From Eubacteriales bacterium (lineage in GTDB: Bacteria; Bacillota; Clostridia; Oscillospirales; UBA644), in assembly GCA_045543655.1 (NCBI GenBank), contig JAZPXN010000035.1, positions 955 through 64,954 on the forward strand: a stretch of 64,000 nt of DNA. The letters run 5' to 3'. Made by a program: the position numbers and the translations under genes. The notes below the pieces were generated by a model. The model was not told the DNA's origin. It was given only the letters and a program-made list of their open reading frames with translations, and ran no database searches. Shown here piece by piece: positions 1-8,274 of the stretch (positions are counted from its first letter, which is position 1; each line of letters opens with the position of its first letter).

Positions 1-557
1 GCCCCGGCCAGGTCGGCGTTTCGGATCGGCTCGGCGTAATGATCCCGGATATACTGCAAAGCGGCCTCGATCTTCTCATTTTCTACGACGGAAAGGCCGT
101 AGGTGCGGCAAAGATAAGAGACCGCGGCAGACAGAAGATCCTCCAACTCCGAAAACACCGGCAGATCGGCCGACGGAAGATATTCCCCGTCCTTGCAGAA
201 AACGCCTTGCTCAATCAGGATCCGGGCGGTCTCAAAAAACGAGGTAACAACGGGATCCTTTTCCAGGGGAATTGACAGGATCTCCCGGCTGAGCAACGGC
301 GGAGTGCATTGAAAATCGAAATAGAGATGACGATAATTACTCCCGGGGATCTGCAGAAGATCCTGAGAATACCCGTTGATCAAAAGATATGCGCAACCGG
401 GCGTCAGAAGCCGCAATTCGGAGCCGTCCCGGTAATGAGCCCGGCCGGACAGCGGGAAATGAATCCGATTGACCCGATAGCCGGTGGCCCGCCAGTTTCG
501 GGCGCTGGCCTCGCAGATCCCTACGTGAGACAAACGAACGCTGCAGGCGCGAGACAC
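1..557 (-). CDS. AraC-family transcriptional regulator, N-terminal part (gene runs off the left edge)
   Basis: Absent from the ORF track because it has no stop in the window. My reverse-strand translation from GTG 557 reads ...HVGICEASARNWRATGYRVNRIHFPLSGRAHYRDGSELRLLTPGCAYLLINGYSQ... (cupin-like sensor). It continues ...EKIEAALQYIRDHYAEPIRNADLA, a typical entry into an AraC HTH. Start codon uncertain. Confidence 0.55.
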   Translation of the reverse strand, partial: MSRACSVRLSHVGICEASARNWRATGYRVNRIHFPLSGRAHYRDGSELRLLTPGCAYLLINGYSQDLLQIPGSNYRHLYFDFQCTPPLLSREILSIPLEKDPVVTSFFETARILIEQGVFCKDGEYLPSADLPVFSELEDLLSAAVSYLCRTYGLSVVENEKIEAALQYIRDHYAEPIRNADLAG

Positions 558-563
558 GGCAGA

Positions 564-2537
564 TCACTCCTGATATTCCACGACGGCCATGGCGTGGATC
601 TCGATTTTGGGGACGGTGAAGCGGACGGCACCGTTTGTAACGGTAACGTCCAGCGCTTCTCCCGAGGGGGCAAGAGATACCTTGCGGACGGGACGGCGGG
701 TGCGCAGAGTCACGGGAACATGGCAGAGGGGCACGCAGTCTTCAATAACCTCAATCTTTTTGGTGCCCTTCACCGTCCGGGGGGCGTACAGAAGATGGAG
801 CACCGAGCGGCCTTCCGAAGGCTGATCCATCAGCGTCACGATCCCCTGGCCGGGCAGATCGACGGCAACGGTCTTCTCGGGCAAAAGCCGATCCAAGGCA
901 AAGAGAACGGCCTGCTTTGCGATCTGAGGACCGATGGAGGCGTATTCGTAAAAAATACGGTTGGCAATATAGATACCGTTTTTCCCTTCCGCCATTCCGA
1001 CGCCGGCCACGTCGGGGGCTTGGGGCGCGTGGGAGTGGGAGCAGAAATGCTCCGGCGTCCGGACAAAATAGGGGAGCTTCTGATCTGCAAGAGCGTTGCC
1101 GCCGTCGGTCAGAGAAACCCGCTGAGAGGGGGCGTAGAGCACGTAATCCGCAACGCCGCAGACTCCCATAGGCTCGGTCAGGGAAAGATAGACCGGCTCC
1201 ACGGACTCCTCACCCTCGTATTTCACGCCAAAATCATAGGCAAAATCTTGGGAAGCAAGACCGGAAAGGCCGCTTGCCAACAGTTTTCCGCCGGCGGAAA
1301 CGAAAGCGTCCAGCTTTTCCTTCAGATCCCCGTCGATGCGAATGCCGTCGGGCAGTACGATCACCTTATAGGGAGAGAAATCGTCCTCCAGATCCAGCAC
1401 GTCAAAGAGATAATGACCTTCCAGCAGAACCCGCAGAGCGCCGATATCCGAGGATTTCGCATTGCTGAAATCCACCTCCGGATGGGCCCGGAGCCAGGCC
1501 TGACAGGACAGAAGCCCGATATCCGCCACGGGAGTCACGCCTTCCAGCCAGGGCTCCCGTTCCTCGATGCGCTTGTAAGCCTCGCCAATGATTCGATAGG
1601 TTTCGGGATCCATGACCCCGGAGGGGTGCAATTGATCTCCCACGGAGCATTTGGCGCCGTTTGCCACCGCAAGAGCGGTTTCATAGATCAAGGCGTTGGG
1701 ATGCTTGAACCCGCCGAATTCCCCCCAGGTGAGATGGAATTTTCCGGTCATACCAAGATAGCTCCGGCCGTCGTGGGACTGAATATTCCGGGCGGTGAAG
1801 GGAAGATCGTCATACCCCCAGCCCCCGGTGGGCAGAGATTCGATCTCCGAGTGAGAGCTGCGGTATTCCCAATCCCGGCGTCCCGGAGGCGTCGTTCCTC
1901 CGTTGTGATAAATGGGAAGCCCGGGCTTGACGCTGTCTACCGCCTCCCGCATCGTCTCGGTATACCGGGCAAAAACCTCTTCCCCGAATTGAAGGGCCGT
2001 GGCCTCGTCGTAGGGATCCAGCCCCTGGGCCCGCATCTCGTTGACGCAGTGATGGCAATAGCAGGGGCGGGGTCTTACGATATCGAGAAAGACGCCGTCC
2101 ACGTCGTAATTGCGGCACATTTCTTTTACCTGCTCCGCCAAAATTTTGACGTAGGGCGAATTGAGACAAAGCTGATGATACCCGGCCAGGTTCGCTCCGC
2201 GCAGGGGGCTTCCGTCGGGACGGCGGCAAAGATCCTCCGGATGCTGACGGACGTATTTTTCATCGTAGCCGGCAGAAATATAGCCGGGCGCTTTGACTCC
2301 GATCTCGTGGCAGGCCTCGATCTGCGCCTTCAGAAGATCAAACCTCAGCCCCGGGTGCATTTGGTTGGTCTCGGTGGGATGATAGGACCATCCGTGATGG
2401 CATTTGGAAAAGACGGTGATGGAATTCACGTGCCCAAGCTTCAGCATCTCCTGAAACTGCTTTTTGTCAAACCCATCGCCGATGGCTTCGATCTTTTCTC
2501 CGGTGTGGAAATCCAGATGAACCTGACGGAATTTCAT
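564..2537 (-). CDS. Glycoside hydrolase-like protein (GHL6 / GH42-like TIM barrel with beta-galactosidase-trimerisation-like C-terminus)
   Basis: The ORF 564..2675 is trimmed to ATG 2537 (MKFRQVHLDFHTGE...), preceded by GGAGG. The N-terminus MKFRQVHLDFHT...FSKCHHGWSYHPT is characteristic of this family. TGA stop. Confidence 0.8.
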   Translation of the reverse strand: MKFRQVHLDFHTGEKIEAIGDGFDKKQFQEMLKLGHVNSITVFSKCHHGWSYHPTETNQMHPGLRFDLLKAQIEACHEIGVKAPGYISAGYDEKYVRQHPEDLCRRPDGSPLRGANLAGYHQLCLNSPYVKILAEQVKEMCRNYDVDGVFLDIVRPRPCYCHHCVNEMRAQGLDPYDEATALQFGEEVFARYTETMREAVDSVKPGLPIYHNGGTTPPGRRDWEYRSSHSEIESLPTGGWGYDDLPFTARNIQSHDGRSYLGMTGKFHLTWGEFGGFKHPNALIYETALAVANGAKCSVGDQLHPSGVMDPETYRIIGEAYKRIEEREPWLEGVTPVADIGLLSCQAWLRAHPEVDFSNAKSSDIGALRVLLEGHYLFDVLDLEDDFSPYKVIVLPDGIRIDGDLKEKLDAFVSAGGKLLASGLSGLASQDFAYDFGVKYEGEESVEPVYLSLTEPMGVCGVADYVLYAPSQRVSLTDGGNALADQKLPYFVRTPEHFCSHSHAPQAPDVAGVGMAEGKNGIYIANRIFYEYASIGPQIAKQAVLFALDRLLPEKTVAVDLPGQGIVTLMDQPSEGRSVLHLLYAPRTVKGTKKIEVIEDCVPLCHVPVTLRTRRPVRKVSLAPSGEALDVTVTNGAVRFTVPKIEIHAMAVVEYQE

Positions 2538-2648
2538 AACGATACCTCCGTATCCTCTTTTTCTTTCAGTATACCATAAATAAAAAGGCTTTTCAATAGC
2601 GAAAAAAGGCAAAAATCGTAAAAAAAGTAACTTTTGCAAAAAAAAGCA

Positions 2649-2672
2649 CGGGCAGATCCGAGGATCTGCCCG
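2649..2672 (-). terminator. Rho-independent terminator for the 5585->2777 operon
   Basis: 11-bp GC-rich inverted repeat cgggcagatcc/ggatctgcccg. On the minus strand it is followed by a T8 run (plus-strand A-run 2636..2645). Confidence 0.6.
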
Positions 2673-2732
2673 CAATTCACAGATACCGTTCTCAATCCCA
2701 CGCAGGGATTGGTTGGCCGTCGCTTACTTTTC

Positions 2733-2776
2733 GGTTCTTTTCCACTTTCGTAAAAGGAAAAGAACACCGTCCCCCG
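2733..2776. repeat. Hairpin repeat element, copy 1 (GGTTCTTTTCC-loop-GGAAAAGAAC + ACCGTCCCC tail)
   Basis: 10-bp stem 2734..2743 / 2756..2765 followed by accgtccccc. A near-identical element lies at 52090..52133. Related hairpins lie at 18480..18509 and 51294..51327. Confidence 0.6.
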
Positions 2777-3193
2777 TCACAGATCCTCCACGTCCAAAAC
2801 GCGGAATCCGGCTTTCAGCAGTTCTTCCGCAAAGAGACCGTGACCGGGGATGCGCACGCCGGAGAAGGTGCCGTCGTAGATTTCGTTCACGCCGCAGGAG
2901 GGACTGCGGGATTGCAGGATCACCAGATCAACCCCCTCCTCTTCGGCAAGGCAAAGGGCTTTGCGAACGCCCGCAAGGCAGGCCTCGTGAACGTCTTTGC
3001 CGAATTCGTCAAAGACCCGGCCGCGCACCCGCTCGATACGGGGACGGGGCGTGGGAAAGCCGGCCAATACCTCCGGACAGACCTCAATTACAGTCTCGTT
3101 CCGCAAAAAATCCGCCAGTTTTTGGGAATAATTGTTCCCGCCGTTGTATTTACAATCCCGCCCCATCAGGCAGGCGCTGACCATAACCTTCAT
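2777..3193 (-). CDS. DUF523 family protein (YbbK / TudS-like)
   Basis: MKVMVSACLMGRDCKYNGG...PEVLAGFPTPRPRIE...SPSCG matches the DUF523 pattern. Confidence 0.85.
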   Translation of the reverse strand: MKVMVSACLMGRDCKYNGGNNYSQKLADFLRNETVIEVCPEVLAGFPTPRPRIERVRGRVFDEFGKDVHEACLAGVRKALCLAEEEGVDLVILQSRSPSCGVNEIYDGTFSGVRIPGHGLFAEELLKAGFRVLDVEDL

Positions 3194-3222
3194 TCCAAAT
3201 CCTCCGGATTTTTTCGCTTTTC

Positions 3223-3939
3223 TTAAACCGTTTCGGTTTGTTTTTCAGACGAATTCAATGGGTAAAAAGGACATTTTTCCTTGATACACTGGGCGTTTTT
3301 CGGATAATGGGAGCATCGGATCTCCGAAAGCTCCATCTCCACCCCAAGATGCTCCTTGACGAAGGCCACCGCCTCGGTAATGGCAAGATAAGAATCCCTC
3401 TTACAGCACCGGGGGCCCCCTACGGAGCCAATGGCGTCCAGCGCCCGGGCGGTCATCCGGTTCGAGAGCCCCCAGGTACGGCCGGACAAAGGGGTGGTAT
3501 CGGTCAGCACCGACAGGAACGTTCCCGTACTGATCCCCGCGCCGCAGGCACCCCAGAATCCGCAGACACCGCCGGGAACCTGCTGCCCCCGGGAAAGCAT
3601 CTCTTTCAGCGCCGCAGGAAGATCCACCTCTCCGCCCACGTTCCGGAAAGCGGTCAGAAGGGCCGCCCCCACCATCACGTGATGCTCCGGCCCGTGCATA
3701 TGACAGAAGGGCAACGCCGCAAGATCGGAAAAGATCCGAACGGGATCCTTCGACGGATGCGCAAGACAAAGACCGACGATCCGGTCAAGACCTTTGGTAT
3801 GACAGGCGTCGCATACGTAATGACCGTGGATACAGCGGGTCTTGGACCGTACGGTTTTTCCGCACAGTTCGCATACCATCTCCCGGTCAGCCGAAAGATA
3901 TTCCAGAGGCCCTTTGCAGATCAGACATTCTTCCCTCAT
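3223..3939 (-). CDS. Cys-rich protein (DUF5714-like), N-terminal CxxC...CxxC zinc-ribbon-like
   Basis: MREECLICKGPLEY...CELCGK...CDACH...CGFWGACGAG...PRCCKRD. Overlaps the upstream gene by 4 nt (3936..3939). Confidence 0.75.
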   Translation of the reverse strand: MREECLICKGPLEYLSADREMVCELCGKTVRSKTRCIHGHYVCDACHTKGLDRIVGLCLAHPSKDPVRIFSDLAALPFCHMHGPEHHVMVGAALLTAFRNVGGEVDLPAALKEMLSRGQQVPGGVCGFWGACGAGISTGTFLSVLTDTTPLSGRTWGLSNRMTARALDAIGSVGGPRCCKRDSYLAITEAVAFVKEHLGVEMELSEIRCSHYPKNAQCIKEKCPFYPLNSSEKQTETV

Positions 3940-4496
3940 TTTAATTCCAATCCGTCCCGGAAGGCGTTGCCCACCTTCTCGCCCAGCACCAAATAGGCGT
4001 TGTTCATGGGATCGAAGGTGATGGGGCGCAGCTTGGCAGGGTCAATCTTGCCGTCGGCATTGAGAACGCTCTCGTCGGCGCAGACGTTGACGATCTGCCC
4101 CACGAGCCGGCAGGTATCGGGATCAAAAGAGATATATTTGCACTCCAAGGCCATGGGCAGCTGGTCGATCAAGGGTGCGTTGACCCTTTCCGCCTTGGTG
4201 ACCGTCCAGCCGATCTGCTCCAGCTTTGCGGGAACGTGATTACCCGAAACGATGCCAACGTAGTCGCACTGCTTCACCTGATCGGCGGTCCCCATGCTGA
4301 CGGTGAAGGCCCCCGTTTCCTGCAAATTTTTCAGGGTCTTGCGGCCGGCGCCGATGCAGAGGGAGATCTCGTTCTCCTCGCTGATGCCGCCCCAGGCGGC
4401 GTTCATGGCGTTGGCGTTGCCCATATCGTCGTAGGCGGCCAAAATAAAGACCGGCTGAGGATAACAGACCGGTGCGGAACCGAAGCTTTTTCTCAT
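3936..4496 (-). CDS. Flavin reductase family protein (FMN-binding split barrel)
   Basis: ...PVFILAAYDDMGNANAMNAAWGGI...TVSMGTADQ... is typical of flavin reductase-like domain proteins. Confidence 0.85.
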   Translation of the reverse strand: MRKSFGSAPVCYPQPVFILAAYDDMGNANAMNAAWGGISEENEISLCIGAGRKTLKNLQETGAFTVSMGTADQVKQCDYVGIVSGNHVPAKLEQIGWTVTKAERVNAPLIDQLPMALECKYISFDPDTCRLVGQIVNVCADESVLNADGKIDPAKLRPITFDPMNNAYLVLGEKVGNAFRDGLELK

Positions 4497-4508
4497 ATCA
4501 GAATCTCC

Positions 4509-5126
4509 TTATCGAATAAAATTGGTGGATTTGCGGGGTTCTTTTTCCGGAAGGCCGAATTCCCGTTTTCCAAGCTCGATGCTCTTCATCAGGAAGGTCA
4601 TATTCCGGGCCAGCGTCCGCATGGTCTGCAGTCCTTCCCCGTCGGACAGCGCCTCCCCCGGCTTTCCGCCGTGAACCGAATTCCAATACTGGGAGGACGC
4701 CACCGGCATCCCGCAGATGGTAAAATATTTGTTCAATTCGTCGAAGGTAGCAGAGCATCCGCCCCGACGAGCCACCGCAACGGAGGCTCCCACCTTCATG
4801 GTCTTGTCGAAATTACTGCTGTAAAAAAGGCGATCCAGGAAGGAAATCAAAGTGCCGTTTGCCGATGCGTAATAGACGGGGGAGGCCAGCACAAGTCCGT
4901 CGCAGACCTCGAATTTTGCGGCGGCCTGGTTGACGATATCGTCAATGGCGCATTTCCCGGTCTTATAGCAGGAAAAGCAGGAAACGCATCCCCGCACCGG
5001 CAGATGACCCACCTGCAGAATTTCGGTCTCAACGCCCTGGGATTCGAAAACCTTCACCATTTCCCCCAACGCGACGGCGGTATTTCCCGCCGCCTTCGGG
5101 CTTCCGTTGATCAGTAAAACCTTCAT
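4509..5126 (-). CDS. NADPH-dependent FMN reductase / flavodoxin-like fold protein
   Basis: MKVLLINGSPKAAGNT...CVSCFSCYKTGKC...LASPVYYASANG. Confidence 0.85.
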   Translation of the reverse strand: MKVLLINGSPKAAGNTAVALGEMVKVFESQGVETEILQVGHLPVRGCVSCFSCYKTGKCAIDDIVNQAAAKFEVCDGLVLASPVYYASANGTLISFLDRLFYSSNFDKTMKVGASVAVARRGGCSATFDELNKYFTICGMPVASSQYWNSVHGGKPGEALSDGEGLQTMRTLARNMTFLMKSIELGKREFGLPEKEPRKSTNFIR

Positions 5127-5129
5127 CGC

Positions 5130-5585
5130 TTATCCTCCGTATACTTCCGTTTCCAGAATCCTTGCAAATTCCTCCAGCCCCACCCGGTCGGCCTCGGTAA
5201 AGCGGTCGAAGACCGGACTGTCCAGATCCAGTACCCCCACGGGGCGGCCGTTTTTCCGCAGAGGGATGACGATTTCGGAATTGGAGGCGCCGTCGCAGGC
5301 GATATGGCCGGGGAAGCGATGGACGTCGGGCACCAATTGGGTCTCGTTTTTCGCCACGGCGGTGCCGCAGACCCCCTTTCCCACGGGGATCTCAATGCAG
5401 GCGGGCTTCCCCTGAAAAGGCCCTAAGATCAAGGTCTCCCCCTCCAGCAGATAGAACCCGGCCCAGTTCAGATCGGGCAGAGTACCGTACAAAAGAGCAG
5501 ACGCGTTGGCAAGATTGGCAACGGCGTGATCAACGCCTCCGACGAGGGCGGCCAACTGCCGGTTCAGAGCGGTATAATCGGTCAT
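5130..5585 (-). CDS. GAF-domain protein (free methionine-(R)-sulfoxide reductase-like)
   Basis: ...WAGFYLLEGETLILGPFQGKPACIEIPVGKGVCGTA...FPGHIACDGASNSEIVIPL is typical of the fRMsr/YebR family. Confidence 0.85.
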   Translation of the reverse strand: MTDYTALNRQLAALVGGVDHAVANLANASALLYGTLPDLNWAGFYLLEGETLILGPFQGKPACIEIPVGKGVCGTAVAKNETQLVPDVHRFPGHIACDGASNSEIVIPLRKNGRPVGVLDLDSPVFDRFTEADRVGLEEFARILETEVYGG

Positions 5586-5706
5586 AAAAAACCTTCCTTT
5601 GCTTCATTGCTCTTATTATACCACATTTTGCCGCAGATTGCAATAGATTCCGCAAAAATTATCCCGGTTTTTCTCCCCGGTTTTATACCGATAAGGAATA
5701 AAAAAT

Positions 5707-5741
5707 CCGGGGAAATCCCACGGAATGCGGGATTCTCCCGG
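5707..5741 (-). terminator. Rho-independent terminator after the ferredoxin-like gene
   Basis: Imperfect inverted repeat (one mismatch) ccggggaaatccc...gggattctcccgg. It is followed on the minus strand by ATTTTTTATT. Confidence 0.6.
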
Positions 5742-5755
5742 ATCGGCGCTTTCGG

Positions 5756-6466
5756 TTATCGGTCCAAAAGCCGGCCGTCGGTAGAAACGGTGACCACCTG
5801 CCAGGGAAGAAACTTCCCGGAGGCCATCAGAGCGTTTTTCACCGCCGCCTCGATCCCGCCGCAGCAGGGAACCTCCATGCGAACCACGGTGACCGATTTG
5901 ATCTCGTTGCGGGCGATGATCTCGGTCAGCTTTTCGGTGTAGTCCACGGCGTCCAGCTTGGGGCAGCCGATGAGGGTGATGCGGTTGCGGATAAACTCGT
6001 TATGGAAATTGCCGTAGGCGTAAGCGGTGCAATCGGCGGCGATGAGAAGATGGGCACCGTCGAACCAGGGGGCGTTTCCCGGGGCAAGCTTGATCTGTAC
6101 CGGCCATTGGGACAGCTGACTGGCCGCAGACCCGGCGCAATCGCAGGCCGTAGGGGCGGGCGCAGTGGGGCGGGCAAAGGATTTGACGTTGGTGCCGGGG
6201 CATCCGCAGGGCAGTTTTCCGGCGGTATTTTCCGCCTTTGCCTTCAAAACGGCGGCCTCGTCGTAAGCGGGGGCTTCCCGTTCTTCAAAGGTGATGGCGC
6301 CGGTGGGGCAGGCGGGCAGCCAATCCCCCAATCCGTCGCAATAATCCTCCCGGGTCAGCTTCGCCTTTCCGTTGACCATCTGAATGGCCCCCTCGTGACA
6401 GGCGGCGGCGCAGGCCCCGCAGCCGTTGCATTTTTCTTCGTCGATCTTTATCATTTTACGGATCAT
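5756..6466 (-). CDS. 4Fe-4S ferredoxin-domain protein with Cys-rich C-terminal domain
   Basis: Trimmed to ATG 6466 (MIRKMIKIDEEKCNGCGACAAACHEGAI...), with GAAGGAG 7 nt upstream. The C-terminus reads ...IGCPKLD...VPCCGG. Confidence 0.8.
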   Translation of the reverse strand: MIRKMIKIDEEKCNGCGACAAACHEGAIQMVNGKAKLTREDYCDGLGDWLPACPTGAITFEEREAPAYDEAAVLKAKAENTAGKLPCGCPGTNVKSFARPTAPAPTACDCAGSAASQLSQWPVQIKLAPGNAPWFDGAHLLIAADCTAYAYGNFHNEFIRNRITLIGCPKLDAVDYTEKLTEIIARNEIKSVTVVRMEVPCCGGIEAAVKNALMASGKFLPWQVVTVSTDGRLLDR

Positions 6467-6502
6467 AATCGCTCTCCTTCGCAATTTGTCATACTTTTTT
6501 CC

Positions 6503-6531
6503 TTGACCTTACGGGGATATTATACTATAAT
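6503..6531 (+). promoter_or_regulatory. Sigma-A-type promoter for the Crp/Fnr gene
   Basis: TTGACC (6503..6508), 17-nt spacer, TATAAT (6526..6531). Confidence 0.5.
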
Positions 6532-6573
6532 AGAGGCAGAATGTATGTTGAATTTTCAACAAACGGAGGAGCT

Positions 6574-7233
6574 ATGGAGCAACTTTATCCGATTTTGAAG
6601 CGTTCTCCCTTATTTTCGGGAATCGAAGAGGAGAATCTTTCGGCCATGCTGGGGTGTCTCGGCGCAAAAAAGAGGAAATACCGCAAGGGAGAGACCGTCT
6701 TTGCAGAAGGGGAGCCCGCCACCCACATCGGTCTTCTCTGCCGCGGGGCCGCTCAGATCGACCGGGTAGATTACGACGGCAACCGCTCCATCGTATCGGA
6801 GGTGGAGGAAGGGGAACTTTTTGCCGAATCCTTCGCCTGCGCGGGGGTGGAGCATCTGCCCGTATCGGTGACGGCCACCGAAGAAAGCGAGGTACTGCTC
6901 ATCGACAGCCGCCGCATCACCCAATCCTGCTGCAACGCCTGCGCCTTTCATCAAAAAATGATCTATAATCTTTTGAAAATCACCGCCATGAAATCCATCC
7001 GTCTCCATCAGCGGGCGGAGATCATCTCCCACCGCACCACCCGGGATAAGCTTCTGGCCTATCTGGATTTTCAGGCAAGGCTGAAAAACAGCCGCCGCTT
7101 CTCGATTCCCTTCGACCGGCAGGAGCTGGCCGATTAGCTGGAGGTCGACCGCAGCGGCCTTTCGGCGGAGATCTCCAAGCTCCGGAAGGAAGGAATCCTG
7201 AACTGCCACCGCAGTGAATTCGAACTGTTATAA
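6574..7233 (+). pseudogene. Crp/Fnr-family transcriptional regulator interrupted by an in-frame TAG at 7135..7137
   Basis: ATG 6574 follows GGAGG. A cNMP-binding-like N-terminus (MEQLYPILKRSPLFSGIEEENL...) is followed by ...IPFDRQELAD-TAG-LEVDRSGLSAEISKLRKEGILNCHRSEFELL-TAA, all in the same frame. The stop sits where this family has the conserved Tyr of ...LADYLGVDRS... at the start of the HTH. Confidence 0.8.
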
Positions 7234-7263
7234 TTTTCTTACGCTTTTCACTGCAAAACCTTC

Positions 7264-7292
7264 TTGACGGAGGAGATTCCCTTTGTTATACT
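7264..7292 (+). promoter_or_regulatory. Sigma-A-type promoter
   Basis: TTGACG, 17-nt spacer, TATACT. Confidence 0.5.
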
Positions 7293-7321
7293 GAAAAAAA
7301 CGAAGCAAAAGGAGCATGTCC

Positions 7322-8227
7322 ATGAAATTTCTTCTTTTTTCCGACCTTCATTATTGGCCGGGCGCCTGGATCACAGATTGGAAACATCTGCATCAACTGC
7401 AAGCGCGGGCAGAGGAAACCGGCTGCGAAATGATCGTCCACGCCGGAGATTTTTGCCACGGAGCGGAGCGGGTAAAGGACTTCGTAGACGCCTACAATGA
7501 TTTTCCCATTCCCTCCTACCACTGTTTGGGGAACCATGACACCGACCACACGTCTTTCGAAGAAACGCTGAAATATTATCGGATGCCAAACAACTACTAT
7601 TTTCTGGACAGGGGCGGATATCGGTTCGTTTTCACCGATCCGAATTACTACAAAGACGGAGAGGAATTCGTACCTTATTCCTTGGGGAATTACTATGCAC
7701 ATCCCCATACCCGGGAATACATGCCCCCCGAACAGCTTCAATGGCTGAAGGAAACCGTGGAATCCTCCCCTTACCCGTGCATTCTGTTCAGCCACCCTTC
7801 CTTCGAACGGTGTGACGGCGTGCAAAACCGGGAAGAGATTCTGAAGATCATCGACGAGGCAAACCGGCGCAAACCCAACAGCGTTTTGATGTGCATCAAC
7901 GGCCATCATCACCGGGATTTCGTCCGGCTGAGGAATAACGTCATCTATTTTGACGTAAACTCCGCCACCTACGACATTCTCGATACCCCTCACGATCTTT
8001 ACCCCAAAGAAGATTGTGAACGGATGAAGAATCTCCGGCACACCGTCTGTTTCAACGACGCGCTGTCCGCCGTAGTGACGTTGGACGGGAACACGATTAC
8101 CGTGGAAGGGATGGAATCCGCGATGTATCGGGGCATCACCCGAACCATGACCGGAAACAGCGAATTCGATCCGGCAGGGAGAGACGTCAGACCGGAAATT
8201 CAATCCTTCAAAATTACATTAGGTTAA
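7322..8227 (+). CDS. Metallophosphoesterase (calcineurin-like)
   Basis: MKFLLFSDLHYW...VHAGDF...GNHD...INGHHH motifs. The second ATG (7322) is chosen because GGAG lies 7 nt upstream. Confidence 0.85.
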   Translation: MKFLLFSDLHYWPGAWITDWKHLHQLQARAEETGCEMIVHAGDFCHGAERVKDFVDAYNDFPIPSYHCLGNHDTDHTSFEETLKYYRMPNNYYFLDRGGYRFVFTDPNYYKDGEEFVPYSLGNYYAHPHTREYMPPEQLQWLKETVESSPYPCILFSHPSFERCDGVQNREEILKIIDEANRRKPNSVLMCINGHHHRDFVRLRNNVIYFDVNSATYDILDTPHDLYPKEDCERMKNLRHTVCFNDALSAVVTLDGNTITVEGMESAMYRGITRTMTGNSEFDPAGRDVRPEIQSFKITLG

Positions 8228-8230
8228 AAG

Positions 8231-8258
8231 AAAAGCAGAGTCATCCGACTCTGCTTTT
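8231..8258. terminator. Bidirectional terminator between convergent genes
   Basis: Perfect 12-bp stem aaaagcagagtc/gactctgctttt with A/T runs on both sides. Confidence 0.7.
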
Positions 8259-8274
8259 CTTTTAACTTTCTGTT

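Noticed and set aside
309-2579. Very long ORFs on the strand opposite to recognisable genes. Examples: 309..2579, 11830..14145, 14832..16151, 18693..20621, 23818..27621 (1267 aa), 33531..34916, 35411..38338, 38489..42265, 43387..46599, 46651..48273, 58196..59830.
   Set aside because: Their translations are low-complexity (G/R/P/A/H/L-rich) with no motifs. Each lies exactly antisense to a CDS with clear family signatures and proper RBS/start context. Long stop-free antisense frames are expected at this GC content.
6541-7137. Track ORF treated as a complete 198-aa Crp/Fnr protein.
   Set aside because: The frame continues in register after TAG 7135 into the family's HTH and ends at TAA 7233. 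The 198-aa product is therefore a truncation, and I called it an interrupted gene. The start was also moved to ATG 6574, behind GGAGG.
7135-7137. TAG as a programmed pyrrolysine or other recoding site.
   Set aside because: This is a single occurrence at a position where the family has Tyr (one-base change from TAY). No pyl genes, methylamine methyltransferases or recoding signals are visible in the window. A nonsense mutation or sequencing error is more parsimonious, although this cannot be fully excluded without the whole genome.
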